Shown here piece after piece: positions 9,973 to 19,938 of a stretch of DNA of 64,000 bases. Both the position numbers and the translations under genes were made by a program. The notes beneath the pieces were generated by a model. That model did not search any database, had not been told where the DNA came from, and saw only the letters and a program-made list of their open reading frames with translations. Within the stretch, counting starts at the first letter, position 1; each line of letters begins with the position of its first letter. Source of the DNA: Nitrospira sp. (GTDB taxonomy: Bacteria > Nitrospirota > Nitrospiria > Nitrospirales > Nitrospiraceae); contig AP038806.1 in the NCBI GenBank assembly GCA_047150005.1, forward strand, positions 4,007,158 through 4,071,157, given 5' to 3'.

Positions 9973-10734
9973 TCACGTCGGATCAGGGAGGGATGTCCGG
10001 CGCCAACGAAGACATTGTTTCAGACCTGCCTCGACACAGCGAGTGACGAGGCGCGCGATCATCGATCCGATTTGGGTGTGCGTACCGCTGTATTGGATCC
10101 TGTGGCAACCTCGACTGCCGGCGGCCACCACGACCGCATCCGTGCCTGTACCGGTCGCAGATCCACGGCCGGATGCACTGGGGATAGATCGCCCGAGCAG
10201 GACCGCCGTCTTACTCTCCGTAGCTACCTGAACGGCTCCCACCATTGCCGACGCCGTCAACGTCGCATTCGTAACGAGAATGATATTGATCGTGCCGTAC
10301 CGACTACGCCCGCGCACCCCGAGATCACGCCGTACCGGTTCGCCAGCCATAACGGCATTCGCGACTCCGACCGTGCAGAAACATTCGACCCACACCCCAT
10401 CCTTCGCCTCTCGACGGCGCACTAACTGTGTCATCGGCACGGCCGTCATGAGCCCGACCACCGGCCGATCTGCCCCCAACCGGTCCGCCAGCATGCTGAG
10501 AAACCGTGCCGGGTCACGCCAATGCGGTATGGCTTTCGAGGCTTGATCCCTTCGCGTCCCGATCGCCACCGGGTTTGCGGCCACTTGGTGGTTCAGAATG
10601 GAGCGCGCTCGGACCAACCCGCCTCCTCCCGGCGCAGACGACAAGACCCGATGCACGCCATCCAGACGGAGTACCAGCGTATTCAGCACCACCTGGTGCT
10701 TGACCACAAATCGTGCGCGTTTTTTGCTGATCAC
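9973..10734 (-). CDS. cbiZ: Adenosylcobinamide amidohydrolase
   Basis: VGLMTAV, TVGVANA, GTINIILVTN, ATESK, ATGTGTDAVVV motifs; end of cob operon. Confidence 0.85.
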   Translation of the reverse strand: MISKKRARFVVKHQVVLNTLVLRLDGVHRVLSSAPGGGGLVRARSILNHQVAANPVAIGTRRDQASKAIPHWRDPARFLSMLADRLGADRPVVGLMTAVPMTQLVRRREAKDGVWVECFCTVGVANAVMAGEPVRRDLGVRGRSRYGTINIILVTNATLTASAMVGAVQVATESKTAVLLGRSIPSASGRGSATGTGTDAVVVAAGSRGCHRIQYSGTHTQIGSMIARLVTRCVEAGLKQCLRWRRTSLPDPT

Positions 10735-11849
10735 GGCATGCCCCGCAGGAGTTGTCGCAGGGTAGAGACCATCCGATCGTTCTCCGGCCTCGTACGTACG
10801 GCAACCCGAATCGAGCGGGACGTAAGCCCGGGCACACGGGAACAGTCTCGAACCAGGATCCCTCTTCGCTTCAACGCCTCGGTCGCGCTGTGTGCTCGAT
10901 CCGGCAGTTCGAGCAGCAGAAAATTCGCACGAGAGGGAAACACCCTGAGCCTCGGAATACCGGCCAGGAGTGTCGAGAAACGTTTGCGTTCCTCTTCCAT
11001 ATACGCCAGGGACCGCCGGACATATCGCCGGTCGTTCATCGCGGTTTCCGCCGCCGCTTGGGCGAAGCTATTGACCGACCATGGCGGTTGATGTCGGCGC
11101 ACCGTCTCGGCAATCGAGGGGGCGCAGACACTGTATCCGATGCGGAGACCGGGCAGCGCGTAGAACTTCGTGAAACTTCTCAGCACAATCAATCGAGGGT
11201 AACGTTGCAACATGGGAAGCAGCGACAGGCCCTCACAGTATTCCGTAAACGTTTCGTCGAGAATCAACCAGGCACCGGACTGATCGATCCGGCCGACAAA
11301 CTCTGCCAACTCATCGGATTCGCATGCCTGACCTGTCGGACTGTTCGGATTGCAGAGAAACACCGCGGAAGAGGCCCGATCACGTCGTCCGGCCGCCCAA
11401 ATCCACCTGGCGGCTTTATCCAGCGGCGGGCGATAGCCGTCTCGTCTCCTCGCCCACACGACATGCACCTTTGCGTCCGCCAAGTTCAATGCAGCGCCGT
11501 ATTCAGAGAACGTGGGGCCCACAACCAGCGCCGAACGAATGCACAACACACGAGGAAGGAGATGGATCAGCTCGGTCGATCCGTTTCCGATGACAAAGTG
11601 CAGCGGCGACAATCTCCATCGCGATGCGAGCGCCCGCCTCAGACTCCCGCAGTCTGGATCAGGATAGTGTCTCATCAGACGCTCTTTTTCATGAACCAGC
11701 ATCCGATCAACCTTCAGCGACGGCCCAAGCGGATTGATGCTGGCACTGAAATCAAGAAGTGAAGACGATCGTCGTCCCAACTCAGCCGCTACCGCATGGA
11801 TATTCCCCCCGTGTTTATCCGCCGCCCTCAGCGCCACAAGAGTCCCCAT
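10731..11849 (-). CDS. cobD: L-threonine-O-3-phosphate decarboxylase (PLP-dependent)
   Basis: HGGN, DFSASINPLG, CNPNSPTG, LRSFTKFYALPGLRIGY. Confidence 0.9.
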   Translation of the reverse strand: MGTLVALRAADKHGGNIHAVAAELGRRSSSLLDFSASINPLGPSLKVDRMLVHEKERLMRHYPDPDCGSLRRALASRWRLSPLHFVIGNGSTELIHLLPRVLCIRSALVVGPTFSEYGAALNLADAKVHVVWARRRDGYRPPLDKAARWIWAAGRRDRASSAVFLCNPNSPTGQACESDELAEFVGRIDQSGAWLILDETFTEYCEGLSLLPMLQRYPRLIVLRSFTKFYALPGLRIGYSVCAPSIAETVRRHQPPWSVNSFAQAAAETAMNDRRYVRRSLAYMEEERKRFSTLLAGIPRLRVFPSRANFLLLELPDRAHSATEALKRRGILVRDCSRVPGLTSRSIRVAVRTRPENDRMVSTLRQLLRGMP

Positions 11850-12781
11850 GCGACTGCAAGGCCCAGAAGATAGGCGGTCGTCATCACTTGCTTGGCCTGA
11901 TCAATATGCACAATCGCCAAGGGTTCGACGGGGTCGCCGAGAAATGGCCGTTCCTGCGGGATACCGTGATAGTAATTGGTGCCTCCGAGCCGAATGCCGA
12001 GCGCGCCCGCCATCGAAGCCTCCGGCCTGCCGCTGTTTGGGCTGGGATGTTTGCGTCCGTCCTGCCAGAGGGTGCGGACGCTCCGCATGAACGGCGCTGG
12101 ACGTCGAAATACCAGCGCGGTCGCGAGGACGATTAGCACCGCCGTGATGCGCGCGGGGATCCAATTGGCCAGATCATCGAGCCGGGCTGACGCCCAACCG
12201 AATTCCCGATACCGCTCGTCACGATGCCCCACCAAGGAATCCAACGTAGAGACCGCTTTATAGGCCAACGCAAGCGGAGCGCCTCCCAGCATCAGATAGA
12301 ACAACGGGGCGATGATCCCGTCAGACGCACTTTCTGCAACTGTCTCCACCGTGGCCCTCACGATTTCCGGCTCGGATAGATGGTTCGTGTCGCGTCCGAC
12401 GATCCTGCTCAACGCCGCGCGGGCTTCGTGCCAAGACCGAATCTTCAGCGGGTTACTTACGCCGACGACATGATCGACGAGATCGCGCCAGGCAAGGGTG
12501 GTGAAAGCCAGCCAGACTTCCAGACCTCGTCCGAGCCACTCGTGCACGGCCGTTCCCACCGTTATCAACGCCCAGGCCAGGACGAACGTCAGGCTCGGAA
12601 GACTCACCGCCAACAGCACGCCAGCCATGCGAAGGGCTCCGGGTCCCTTGCACCACGGCCGTATGGCTCGTTCGAATCCTTGGACGACGCGACCCATGCT
12701 GCGGACAGGATGGGGCAGCCAGCGTGGGTCGCCGACAAGCGCATCGAGCAGACTAGCCAACAGAAGGTCTCCCGGTATCAC
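11828..12781 (-). CDS. cbiB: Adenosylcobinamide-phosphate synthase
   Basis: GDPRWLPHPV, IVGRDT, ETVAESASDGIIAP, HPSPNSGRPEASMAGALG; GTG at 12781 overlaps the cobS stop (start uncertain, up to 12820). Confidence 0.92.
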   Translation of the reverse strand: MIPGDLLLASLLDALVGDPRWLPHPVRSMGRVVQGFERAIRPWCKGPGALRMAGVLLAVSLPSLTFVLAWALITVGTAVHEWLGRGLEVWLAFTTLAWRDLVDHVVGVSNPLKIRSWHEARAALSRIVGRDTNHLSEPEIVRATVETVAESASDGIIAPLFYLMLGGAPLALAYKAVSTLDSLVGHRDERYREFGWASARLDDLANWIPARITAVLIVLATALVFRRPAPFMRSVRTLWQDGRKHPSPNSGRPEASMAGALGIRLGGTNYYHGIPQERPFLGDPVEPLAIVHIDQAKQVMTTAYLLGLAVAWGLLWR

Positions 12782-13542
12782 AACGGACGCCACAGCAAGG
12801 GAAACAGTACGAGAAAGCACATTTCTACCGACTCATTGGTCGTCCCAAGCGTATCGCCCGTGATACCGCCGAAGGCCCGGCGATAACTCCAGGTCAACAA
12901 CCGGCTCACTGACGCGCCGACTCCCAAGATGGCCAGCGCCGGATACAGGCCTACAGCCCAGCCCAAGGGACAGGCAGCGACGGCGGTCGCCCCCGACACC
13001 TGTCGCCACGAAAGATGGGCGAGAAACGGCGAGGCGAGGCCGCCTTCTGCTCTGGCATGAGTCGCTCCATAGGCCCCGACGACCATGGCCCACCGTCCCA
13101 CCACAGGCATGCAGAGCAGGGTGGAAAATCGCGCGGCTTCGGGCAGAGCGGCCACCGCGGCACAACGCAGAATCAGCGAAAGGGCGAGCCCCGCCGCGCC
13201 GAGGGCACCGATGCGAGGATCCCGCATGATCGCCAGTCGGTCGGAAGGAGCGCGGCCGCCCGCCAGCCCATCAAGCGTGTCGGCGAGCCCGTCTTGATGA
13301 AGTCCGCGCGTCAACGCCACCAACAGCCCCACACACAAAACCGCAGACACCTCATGGGAAAGCCAACGTGTTAAGAGGAGATCCCCCGCAGCGACGACCA
13401 CGCCCAGTCCGATCCCGACGAAGGGATACCAGACCATCGAGCCGGCGAGTTCAGCCGGGTTTGGGTCATGATGGCGTCGGCTCAGTGGAACGGACGTCAG
13501 GAACTGCCACGCGACAATCAAGGTTCGCTGGCTTGCCGTCAT
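12778..13542 (-). CDS. cobS: Adenosylcobinamide-GDP ribazoletransferase (cobalamin synthase)
   Basis: FLTSVP, GLHQDGLADTLDG, IMRDPRIG, FGGITGDTLG. Confidence 0.93.
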   Translation of the reverse strand: MTASQRTLIVAWQFLTSVPLSRRHHDPNPAELAGSMVWYPFVGIGLGVVVAAGDLLLTRWLSHEVSAVLCVGLLVALTRGLHQDGLADTLDGLAGGRAPSDRLAIMRDPRIGALGAAGLALSLILRCAAVAALPEAARFSTLLCMPVVGRWAMVVGAYGATHARAEGGLASPFLAHLSWRQVSGATAVAACPLGWAVGLYPALAILGVGASVSRLLTWSYRRAFGGITGDTLGTTNESVEMCFLVLFPLLWRPL

Positions 13543-14594
13543 GAACCCCGCTCCGAGACGCCCGCCTCGCCGAACGTCGCCATCTCGACAAGGATCTTCA
13601 CGGCCGCCTGAACGAGACCCATTCCCAGACAGGCGCCGGTCCCTTCTCCCAATCGCAGTTCCAGATCAAGCAGCGGTTTCAACTGCAGATGTTCGAGCAG
13701 GACGTCATGACCGCGCTCGACCGAGCGATGAGCGGCGATGAGATAGTGTCGGCAGCGTGGCTGCAACCCGCAAGCAATGAGTGCAGCGGCACCGGCAATA
13801 AACCCGTCGAGTACGACCGGAATGCGCGCTGCCGCGCATCCGACAATGAGTCCGGCCAAACCGGCGATCTCGAGTCCTCCGATTTTGGCGAGCACATCCA
13901 TCGCATCCATCGGATCGGGCCGGTGGCGCGCCAAGGCCCGTTCGATCACTTCCACCTTGGCCTTACGACCTTGCTCGTCGATTCCTGTTCCCCGCCCGGT
14001 CACATGATCCACCATGGATCCGGTCATGACCGCCGTGATCGCGGCGCTCGCGGTGGTATTGCCGATCCCCATTTCTCCCGTCCCGATCAACCCGACTCCT
14101 TCACCCGCCGCGGCAGTGGCCAAGTCGACGCCGATCGCGCAAGCCCTTTCCGCGATATCCCTGGGCATGGCGTCTTCCCTGGCCATGTTCCGAGTGGACT
14201 GCATCAGTTTTCGGTCAAGAAGTCCCGGAAGCGGTCCAAACTCATGCGCCACACCGATATCGACGACCCGAACCTCAATGCCTTCATGCCGCGCAAGCAC
14301 GTTGACGCCGGCTCCGCCTCGGAGGAAGTTCTTGACCATCTGAGCCGTCACGTCTCGCGGATACGCGCTCACGCCTTCATCCACAACCCCATGGTCCGCA
14401 GCCAAAGTGAAGAGGACTCCGCGGGGCACAGAGGGCTTGCGTTCTCCGATCATTGCGCAGTACTGGACAGCCAATTCCTCCAGCCGACCCAGACTTCCTT
14501 GAGGCTTCGTCAATCGATCCAGCCGGCGCTGCGTATCGACGGCTGCCGAAGCGTCCACATTTCGCACCGACGCGATGGCTTCTTCAAGCGTCAT
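13539..14594 (-). CDS. cobT: Nicotinate-nucleotide-dimethylbenzimidazole phosphoribosyltransferase
   Basis: LTKPQGSLGRLE, AADHGV, GEMGIGNTT, LRLGEGTGA. Confidence 0.95.
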   Translation of the reverse strand: MTLEEAIASVRNVDASAAVDTQRRLDRLTKPQGSLGRLEELAVQYCAMIGERKPSVPRGVLFTLAADHGVVDEGVSAYPRDVTAQMVKNFLRGGAGVNVLARHEGIEVRVVDIGVAHEFGPLPGLLDRKLMQSTRNMAREDAMPRDIAERACAIGVDLATAAAGEGVGLIGTGEMGIGNTTASAAITAVMTGSMVDHVTGRGTGIDEQGRKAKVEVIERALARHRPDPMDAMDVLAKIGGLEIAGLAGLIVGCAAARIPVVLDGFIAGAAALIACGLQPRCRHYLIAAHRSVERGHDVLLEHLQLKPLLDLELRLGEGTGACLGMGLVQAAVKILVEMATFGEAGVSERGS

Positions 14595-14603
14595 GGTATC
14601 TCC

Positions 14604-15164
14604 CTATTTCAATCGAATGCTGAGTCCGCTCACCACCAGGTGCGTTTCGTCAGCCTCGTTTGCAATCAACTGATTGATTGCGCCAGCCAATTCCCTGAAA
14701 CGGCGACTGACCGCGTCACCTGGAACGATCCCCATTCCCAACTCGTTCGCCACCAACACGATCCGCGCCCCCGTTCGCCGGGCAGCATCGAGAACGCTCT
14801 GCATGTCCTGAACGATCCGGGCGTCCCGTCTTCCTCGTCCGCATTGATTCGACAGCCACATGGTCACACAATCCACCACGATAACTCGATGCGCTCTGCC
14901 GTATCTCCTGATCCATCCGGTCAAGTTCAAGGGCACTTCGGCCGTGATCCAGGTCGCCGGCCTGGACGACCGGTGGCGGGCAATCCGATCGGTCATTTCC
15001 TTATCCAGGGCTTGACCGGTAGCGACGAAAGCCCGCGAGGCAGTCTGGCCGATTCCCTTCACCGCGAGCCGGAGGGCTGCGTCACTCTTTCCGGATGAGG
15101 CGCCGCCCAGGACAAACAGCAATCGAGAAGACTGTCTTTTGACCTGCATCCTAGTCATGTCCAT
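14604..15164 (-). CDS. cobU: Bifunctional adenosylcobinamide kinase/guanylyltransferase
   Basis: GGASSGKS P-loop, EMTDRIARHR, VDCVTMWLSN, NELGMGIVP. Confidence 0.92.
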   Translation of the reverse strand: MDMTRMQVKRQSSRLLFVLGGASSGKSDAALRLAVKGIGQTASRAFVATGQALDKEMTDRIARHRSSRPATWITAEVPLNLTGWIRRYGRAHRVIVVDCVTMWLSNQCGRGRRDARIVQDMQSVLDAARRTGARIVLVANELGMGIVPGDAVSRRFRELAGAINQLIANEADETHLVVSGLSIRLK

Positions 15165-16647
15165 CGACCAGGCTGTCGATCACGGTCATCGACACATGTT
15201 CCTCGATAAAGTCGGCCCATTGATCCAGTCTGGCATCGAGCGTGAGGCTTCGAGTTTCTGGAATGGGCGCCCATCCTCTTGCTGCCCGCAACTCGTTGAC
15301 CCACCAACGTCGAAACGGCGCCGAGTCGAACAACCCATGGAGGTAGGTTCCAAATACATGCCCCCCTGTACTCGAAATGCCATCGTTCAGTATTTTCAAT
15401 GTATTATCATCATATATTTCAAGAAATGCTGGAAGTGTATCGCTATCGGATGTTCGCCCCATTCTTACTTGGTACCCGGACAGCGGAAGCCCGCTTTTCA
15501 CATGGCGTCCTGATACGGCCTGTACAACTTTCGTGGCGGCGAATACCGTCTCGACAGGCAAGAGCCCGAGGCCGGCCACTCTCACCTCATCCGATTCCAC
15601 ATGATCCGGGTCGCTGATGATGCGGCCCAGCAACTGGTAGCCGGCACAAATCCCGCCAACTGTTCCCCCCTCGTCCAAGACTCGATGCGCCAGGCGATCG
15701 AATCCATTCGCCCGGACAAACCCGAGCGCTTGGACCGTCTTCTTGGAACCTGGGAACAACAACGCGTCCAAACGGCGATCGGTTGTCTGATCCAGCGGAA
15801 CCACTTCCACATCCGCCTCACCTGCCAACGGCTCAAAGTCCGTCGCATTCGAAATAGCAGGCACATCGACAATACCGATGACGATCCGATCAGGACTATC
15901 GCGCTGGCGAGACCGATGCCCTTTCCAACCCCAGGAATCCTCTTCAGGAAGCTCCAGGTCTCTCCAATGAGGAAGCACGCCGGCGCATTGCATCCCCGTA
16001 TCGCGAATAACCCGGTCGATCCCTTCCGCAAGAAGGCGGGAATCTCCTCGAAACTTGTTGATCGCGAAGGCCTTCAGTAAACGACGATCCGCTTCGTCGA
16101 GCAGGGTCCAGGTCCCCACCAGTGAGGCAAACACCCCGCCCCGATCGATATCGCCGACCAGCAAGACCCGCGCATCGGCATGCTGCGCCATCGCCATGTT
16201 GACGACATCGCACTCTCTCAGATTCACTTCGGCGGGGCTGCCTGCTCCTTCGAGCACGATCAGATCGAACTCCTCATCCAGACGGGAGAATGCTGCTTGG
16301 ATGTTGTCCCAGTACTTGCGGCGAATCAGGCCGAAATCTCCAGCGCACAGAGTTCCCGCAACCTCCCCGTCCACGATAAGCTGCGCGGACGTCTCGCCGC
16401 CTGGCTTGATCAGGACGGGATTGAAGTCCGCTCGCGGAGCCACACGGCATGCCGCCGCCTGAACCGCCTGGGCACGGCCGATTTCCTTTCCGTCCGGCGT
16501 AACGAAGGAATTGTTCGACATGTTCTGTGCCTTGAAGGGGGCCACCCGGAAACCGCGGCGGTGATACAAGCGGCAGAGACCCGCCGTGAGCACGGACTTG
16601 CCAACATGAGACGCTGTACCTTGCACCATGAGTCTGCGCGCCGCCAT
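15151..16647 (-). CDS. cobQ: Cobyric acid synthase (CobQ/CbiP)
   Basis: MVQGTASHVGKS, PFKAQNMSNNS, EGAGSPAEVNL, GICAGYQLLG, GTYLHGLF. Confidence 0.95.
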   Translation of the reverse strand: MAARRLMVQGTASHVGKSVLTAGLCRLYHRRGFRVAPFKAQNMSNNSFVTPDGKEIGRAQAVQAAACRVAPRADFNPVLIKPGGETSAQLIVDGEVAGTLCAGDFGLIRRKYWDNIQAAFSRLDEEFDLIVLEGAGSPAEVNLRECDVVNMAMAQHADARVLLVGDIDRGGVFASLVGTWTLLDEADRRLLKAFAINKFRGDSRLLAEGIDRVIRDTGMQCAGVLPHWRDLELPEEDSWGWKGHRSRQRDSPDRIVIGIVDVPAISNATDFEPLAGEADVEVVPLDQTTDRRLDALLFPGSKKTVQALGFVRANGFDRLAHRVLDEGGTVGGICAGYQLLGRIISDPDHVESDEVRVAGLGLLPVETVFAATKVVQAVSGRHVKSGLPLSGYQVRMGRTSDSDTLPAFLEIYDDNTLKILNDGISSTGGHVFGTYLHGLFDSAPFRRWWVNELRAARGWAPIPETRSLTLDARLDQWADFIEEHVSMTVIDSLVDGHD

Positions 16648-16659
16648 GTCTGGCTGTCC

Positions 16660-17253
16660 CTAGCCGGATTCCTTCGGTTCTCGCTCCCAGAGAAACTCCG
16701 GCTCTCCGCGTTGCTTGGCCGCCCATCGAGCCAGCACGAACAACGCATCGCTCAGGCGATTTAAGAATTTGTTCATCTGGGGATCCACCGTTTCTTCCTT
16801 GGCCAGCCGAATGCACACCCGTTCGGCACGCCGACAGATCGTTCTGGCCTGGTGGAGCGTAGCCGACACTTTTCCTCCTCCCGGCAGGATAAATTCCTTG
16901 AGCGGAGCGAGATCCTTTTGGCACCGATCGATCATACGCTCAAGCTTCACGACATCCTGCGCAGTGACCGTCGGCATGTTCTTGAATGACTGACCGGGCG
17001 CTGTGGCCAGGATACTGCCGAGATCGAAGAGCTTGTTCTGGACCCAGCGAAGGTCTTCTTCAAGTCGTGTCGCCGAATCCGTCGCCAGAGCTGACTCCTC
17101 GTTCATCGCTCGAACAAGACCGACCGATGCGTTCAGTTCGTCCACAGTGCCGTAGGCTTCGACTCTAAGGCTGTCTTTCCAAACCTGTTGCCCGCCGGCC
17201 AGCCTGGTTTGCCCCGCATCTCCCGTCCTGGTATAGACTTTCGTAATTCGCAT
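16660..17253 (-). CDS. pduO: PduO-type ATP:cob(I)alamin adenosyltransferase
   Basis: KVYTRTGDAG, YGTVDELN, ARTICRRAER, FLNRLSDALF; likely start MRITKVY at 17253. Confidence 0.92.
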   Translation of the reverse strand: MRITKVYTRTGDAGQTRLAGGQQVWKDSLRVEAYGTVDELNASVGLVRAMNEESALATDSATRLEEDLRWVQNKLFDLGSILATAPGQSFKNMPTVTAQDVVKLERMIDRCQKDLAPLKEFILPGGGKVSATLHQARTICRRAERVCIRLAKEETVDPQMNKFLNRLSDALFVLARWAAKQRGEPEFLWEREPKESG

Positions 17254-17269
17254 GCCATGCCTCATTGCC

Positions 17270-17476
17270 TCATTGAGCACCGGGAACACGACCGAGCCCC
17301 AGTTCTCCGCTAATCACCTTCCGAAGACACACGGGACAGAGACAATCCTTGAATTCCCGCTCGATCCAATCCATCTGCTGTTCCGTCACGCCGAGATGCC
17401 CACACCAACAACGGTATTGTCCGCATTCGAATGGCTGGCTGCAGGCTTCACATATCTTGTTGATCGGACCCACCAT
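17270..17476 (-). CDS. Small cysteine-rich CWC-family protein
   Basis: CEAC..FECG..CWC...DCLCPVCL pattern; embedded in the cob operon. Confidence 0.75.
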   Translation of the reverse strand: MVGPINKICEACSQPFECGQYRCWCGHLGVTEQQMDWIEREFKDCLCPVCLRKVISGELGLGRVPGAQ

Positions 17477-17574
17477 GTCGTCCAGCTGAATATCCTCGCG
17501 CAGCCGCTCATGCGTGACCAGGGGCTTGGTGGCAGCTTACCTGCCGGCCATGTCCGGCCGCATGCTTTCCGCAA

Positions 17575-19644
17575 CTACAACGGCACGTCAAAATTCACTC
17601 TTACTCCACCGAACACCGATCGAATAGGAGTACCGAAGAACAGCACCTCTTCGTACTTCTGATTAAAAATATTATCGGCTCGTCCATAAATTTGAACGGT
17701 CTTATTGAGGTTGTACGTTGCGGAGGCGTTGAAGACATAGAACGACGGCACGGATTGCTGATTACTCACGTCGTTGAAGCGCTGCCCTGCGTAGCGGCCT
17801 TCCAGGTTGGCCCGTAGCGCATCGATCGGCTGATAGCTCAGAACCGTGGACCATTGATGCAAAGGCCACTGAGGTAGGCGTGTATCGGCATTGTTTGTCA
17901 CGTTTTCCGTGCTCGTGTACGTGTATTGAAACTGCAGATCTAAACTCTTGACCCCGGGTCGATCACGAATGATTTGAAGCTTCGCGCTCGCCTCGACACC
18001 TTCCGCTCTGGACGCGCCGACGTTTTGGGCGCAAAAACCAAACGCCGTGAAGCCGCACCCGACCGGATCGAAGACCGACAGGATGAGATTTTGATACCGG
18101 TTCCAGAAATAGCCCACGCTGAGGACCACCCGATCGTTGAACAGCGATTGATCTAAGGCCACGTCCATCCCTTTGCTCTTCTCCGGTTTCAGGTTTGGAT
18201 TGCCGAAATCGGGAAAGAACAGCTGATTGATCGTCGGCGCCCGAAACCCGGTCCCATAGCTGCCCCGTAGCTTGGTGCCGGTTTCCTTGTGCAGATAACC
18301 TCCCGTCAGACGATAGGTCGTCGCGCTACCGAAGACATTATATTCGTCTTGTCGAATACCGGCCGTTCCGAACAATCGGTCCCAGAGATTCAACTTCGCT
18401 TCGGCAAAGCCCGCGTTGCTGCTAATGACCTTGCTTGGAATGGGGGTGGTGCCGGCAAGCGTATCGAAATTCTCTCCGATCTGTTCGCGAAATTGGTATC
18501 CGGCGGTCAACACCACAGGCTTGGCAACCTGAAAATCATGCTGCCATTCGATGCGGTTGCTCGTCGTGTCGATTTCGGAGTTAAACGCAAAGGGCACGCC
18601 CACGGCCCCGGTCACAAGATTGCGCTCGACCGTCCCGGATACTGTAGCGAGACTCTCCGTGGCGCGCGCCAGTGTCAGTTTTTGCGACCACCAATTCGTA
18701 ATGGGTTGCATATAGCTGCCCGAGTACACGTACTGCTGGCTTTGTGTCTTAGCGCCGAGCACATCGGCGGGATCCGAGCCGAATGTGGTGGGATTGAATG
18801 CAAATCCATCGAGATTGGTGATCCCGTTCATCCACCGAAAGTTGAACTCCAATCGTCCGTCTTTGGGGAGATCCACACCGAGCCGGACAGACCCCTGCCA
18901 ATTATGAAATCCGTCCCGTTCGCTTGCTCCGCGCCGGTAGTTGATGGCGGAGAAGTTCGCTGTGTCCCAGCGAGTGAGTGCCGCCGTGATATCGACCGCC
19001 CCCTTTTTCCCTGAAAGAGTCGCGCCTTCTCGCAGCGTGACGAACGATCCGTACTCCGAGAACGCGGAGATGTTCGGCGTCTCGCGCCCACGCTTGGTGG
19101 TGATGTTGATGACGCCTCCCATGGCGTCGGAGCCCCACATCATGCCCTGACTGCCCCTTAAGATTTCAATCCGCTCGATGTTATCGCTCGTCAAATTGGC
19201 GAAGTCATAGGAGCCGATCGTGGCGCTATTGACGATGGCTCCGTCGATCAATACCAACGTCTGCTCCGGTGTCCCTCCCCTCATCCGTACACTCACGGAT
19301 GTCCCAGGGCCTCCACTTTGGAAGACGGCAAGTCCCTGCCCCCACCGCAGCGCTTCCGCGACGGTTCTCACTCTCCGTTGCTCCATCTGCTCACCAGTCA
19401 TGATCTCCACGGCGCTTGTGACGTGCTTAACCGGAATTTCAGTCTTCGTTGCACTGATCACGACTTCCGGAGTTTCGAGAACTTCCGGCCCGTCGGCCGA
19501 CGCGCCTTCCCGAGCTGCGGAGGCGGGATCTACCTCATGGCCAGATATTGGCGCTTCCTCGGCGGAAGCCGCATAAAGTGGGACGGAAATGCCGAGCGCG
19601 AACACTAGTGCCCGAAGCACAAACGAAACGCAAACCGACGACAT
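17575..19644 (-). CDS. btuB: TonB-dependent cobalamin receptor
   Basis: Signal peptide, TonB-box-like EVVISATK, plug IERIEILRGSQ...GGVINI, FRAPTINQL, GNPNLKPE; directly downstream of a B12 riboswitch. Confidence 0.9.
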   Translation of the reverse strand: MSSVCVSFVLRALVFALGISVPLYAASAEEAPISGHEVDPASAAREGASADGPEVLETPEVVISATKTEIPVKHVTSAVEIMTGEQMEQRRVRTVAEALRWGQGLAVFQSGGPGTSVSVRMRGGTPEQTLVLIDGAIVNSATIGSYDFANLTSDNIERIEILRGSQGMMWGSDAMGGVINITTKRGRETPNISAFSEYGSFVTLREGATLSGKKGAVDITAALTRWDTANFSAINYRRGASERDGFHNWQGSVRLGVDLPKDGRLEFNFRWMNGITNLDGFAFNPTTFGSDPADVLGAKTQSQQYVYSGSYMQPITNWWSQKLTLARATESLATVSGTVERNLVTGAVGVPFAFNSEIDTTSNRIEWQHDFQVAKPVVLTAGYQFREQIGENFDTLAGTTPIPSKVISSNAGFAEAKLNLWDRLFGTAGIRQDEYNVFGSATTYRLTGGYLHKETGTKLRGSYGTGFRAPTINQLFFPDFGNPNLKPEKSKGMDVALDQSLFNDRVVLSVGYFWNRYQNLILSVFDPVGCGFTAFGFCAQNVGASRAEGVEASAKLQIIRDRPGVKSLDLQFQYTYTSTENVTNNADTRLPQWPLHQWSTVLSYQPIDALRANLEGRYAGQRFNDVSNQQSVPSFYVFNASATYNLNKTVQIYGRADNIFNQKYEEVLFFGTPIRSVFGGVRVNFDVPL

Positions 19645-19680
19645 GACAACCTCCCTTTGACTCGAAGGGCGCTATGGCTC

Positions 19681-19828
19681 CCGTCAGTTGGGTCTCCTGA
19701 CTTGCGGCTCATCGCTTCTCTGCGCCTTCCCGTGGATTCACATCCACAGTGGCGTTTCGGCAGAGTTGCTCCCCGCTTACAGTGGCGGCACCGTGATGGA
19801 TTTGCACCATCTTCCCCGGCGCTGACGG
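19681..19828 (-). ncRNA. Cobalamin riboswitch upstream of btuB
   Basis: Minus strand GGGGAAGATGGTGCAAATCCATCACGGTGCCGCCACTGTAA...GCCACTG...GGGAAGG...AAGTCAGGAGACC, closed by CCGTCAG/CTGACGG. Confidence 0.92.
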
Positions 19829-19938
19829 TGTATGTGTGTTGATCCCCTTCTAAATGTTATGCACCCGGCTTGTCTTGCAGAAGGAGCGGGTGCGGCTCCC
19901 TCATGCTCACATTCAGCGGCTTCATGGCCCAAATCCGC

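Noticed and set aside
13689..15098. 469-aa plus-strand ORF
   Set aside because: Lies wholly antisense to cobT and cobU; long shadow ORFs are expected at this GC content
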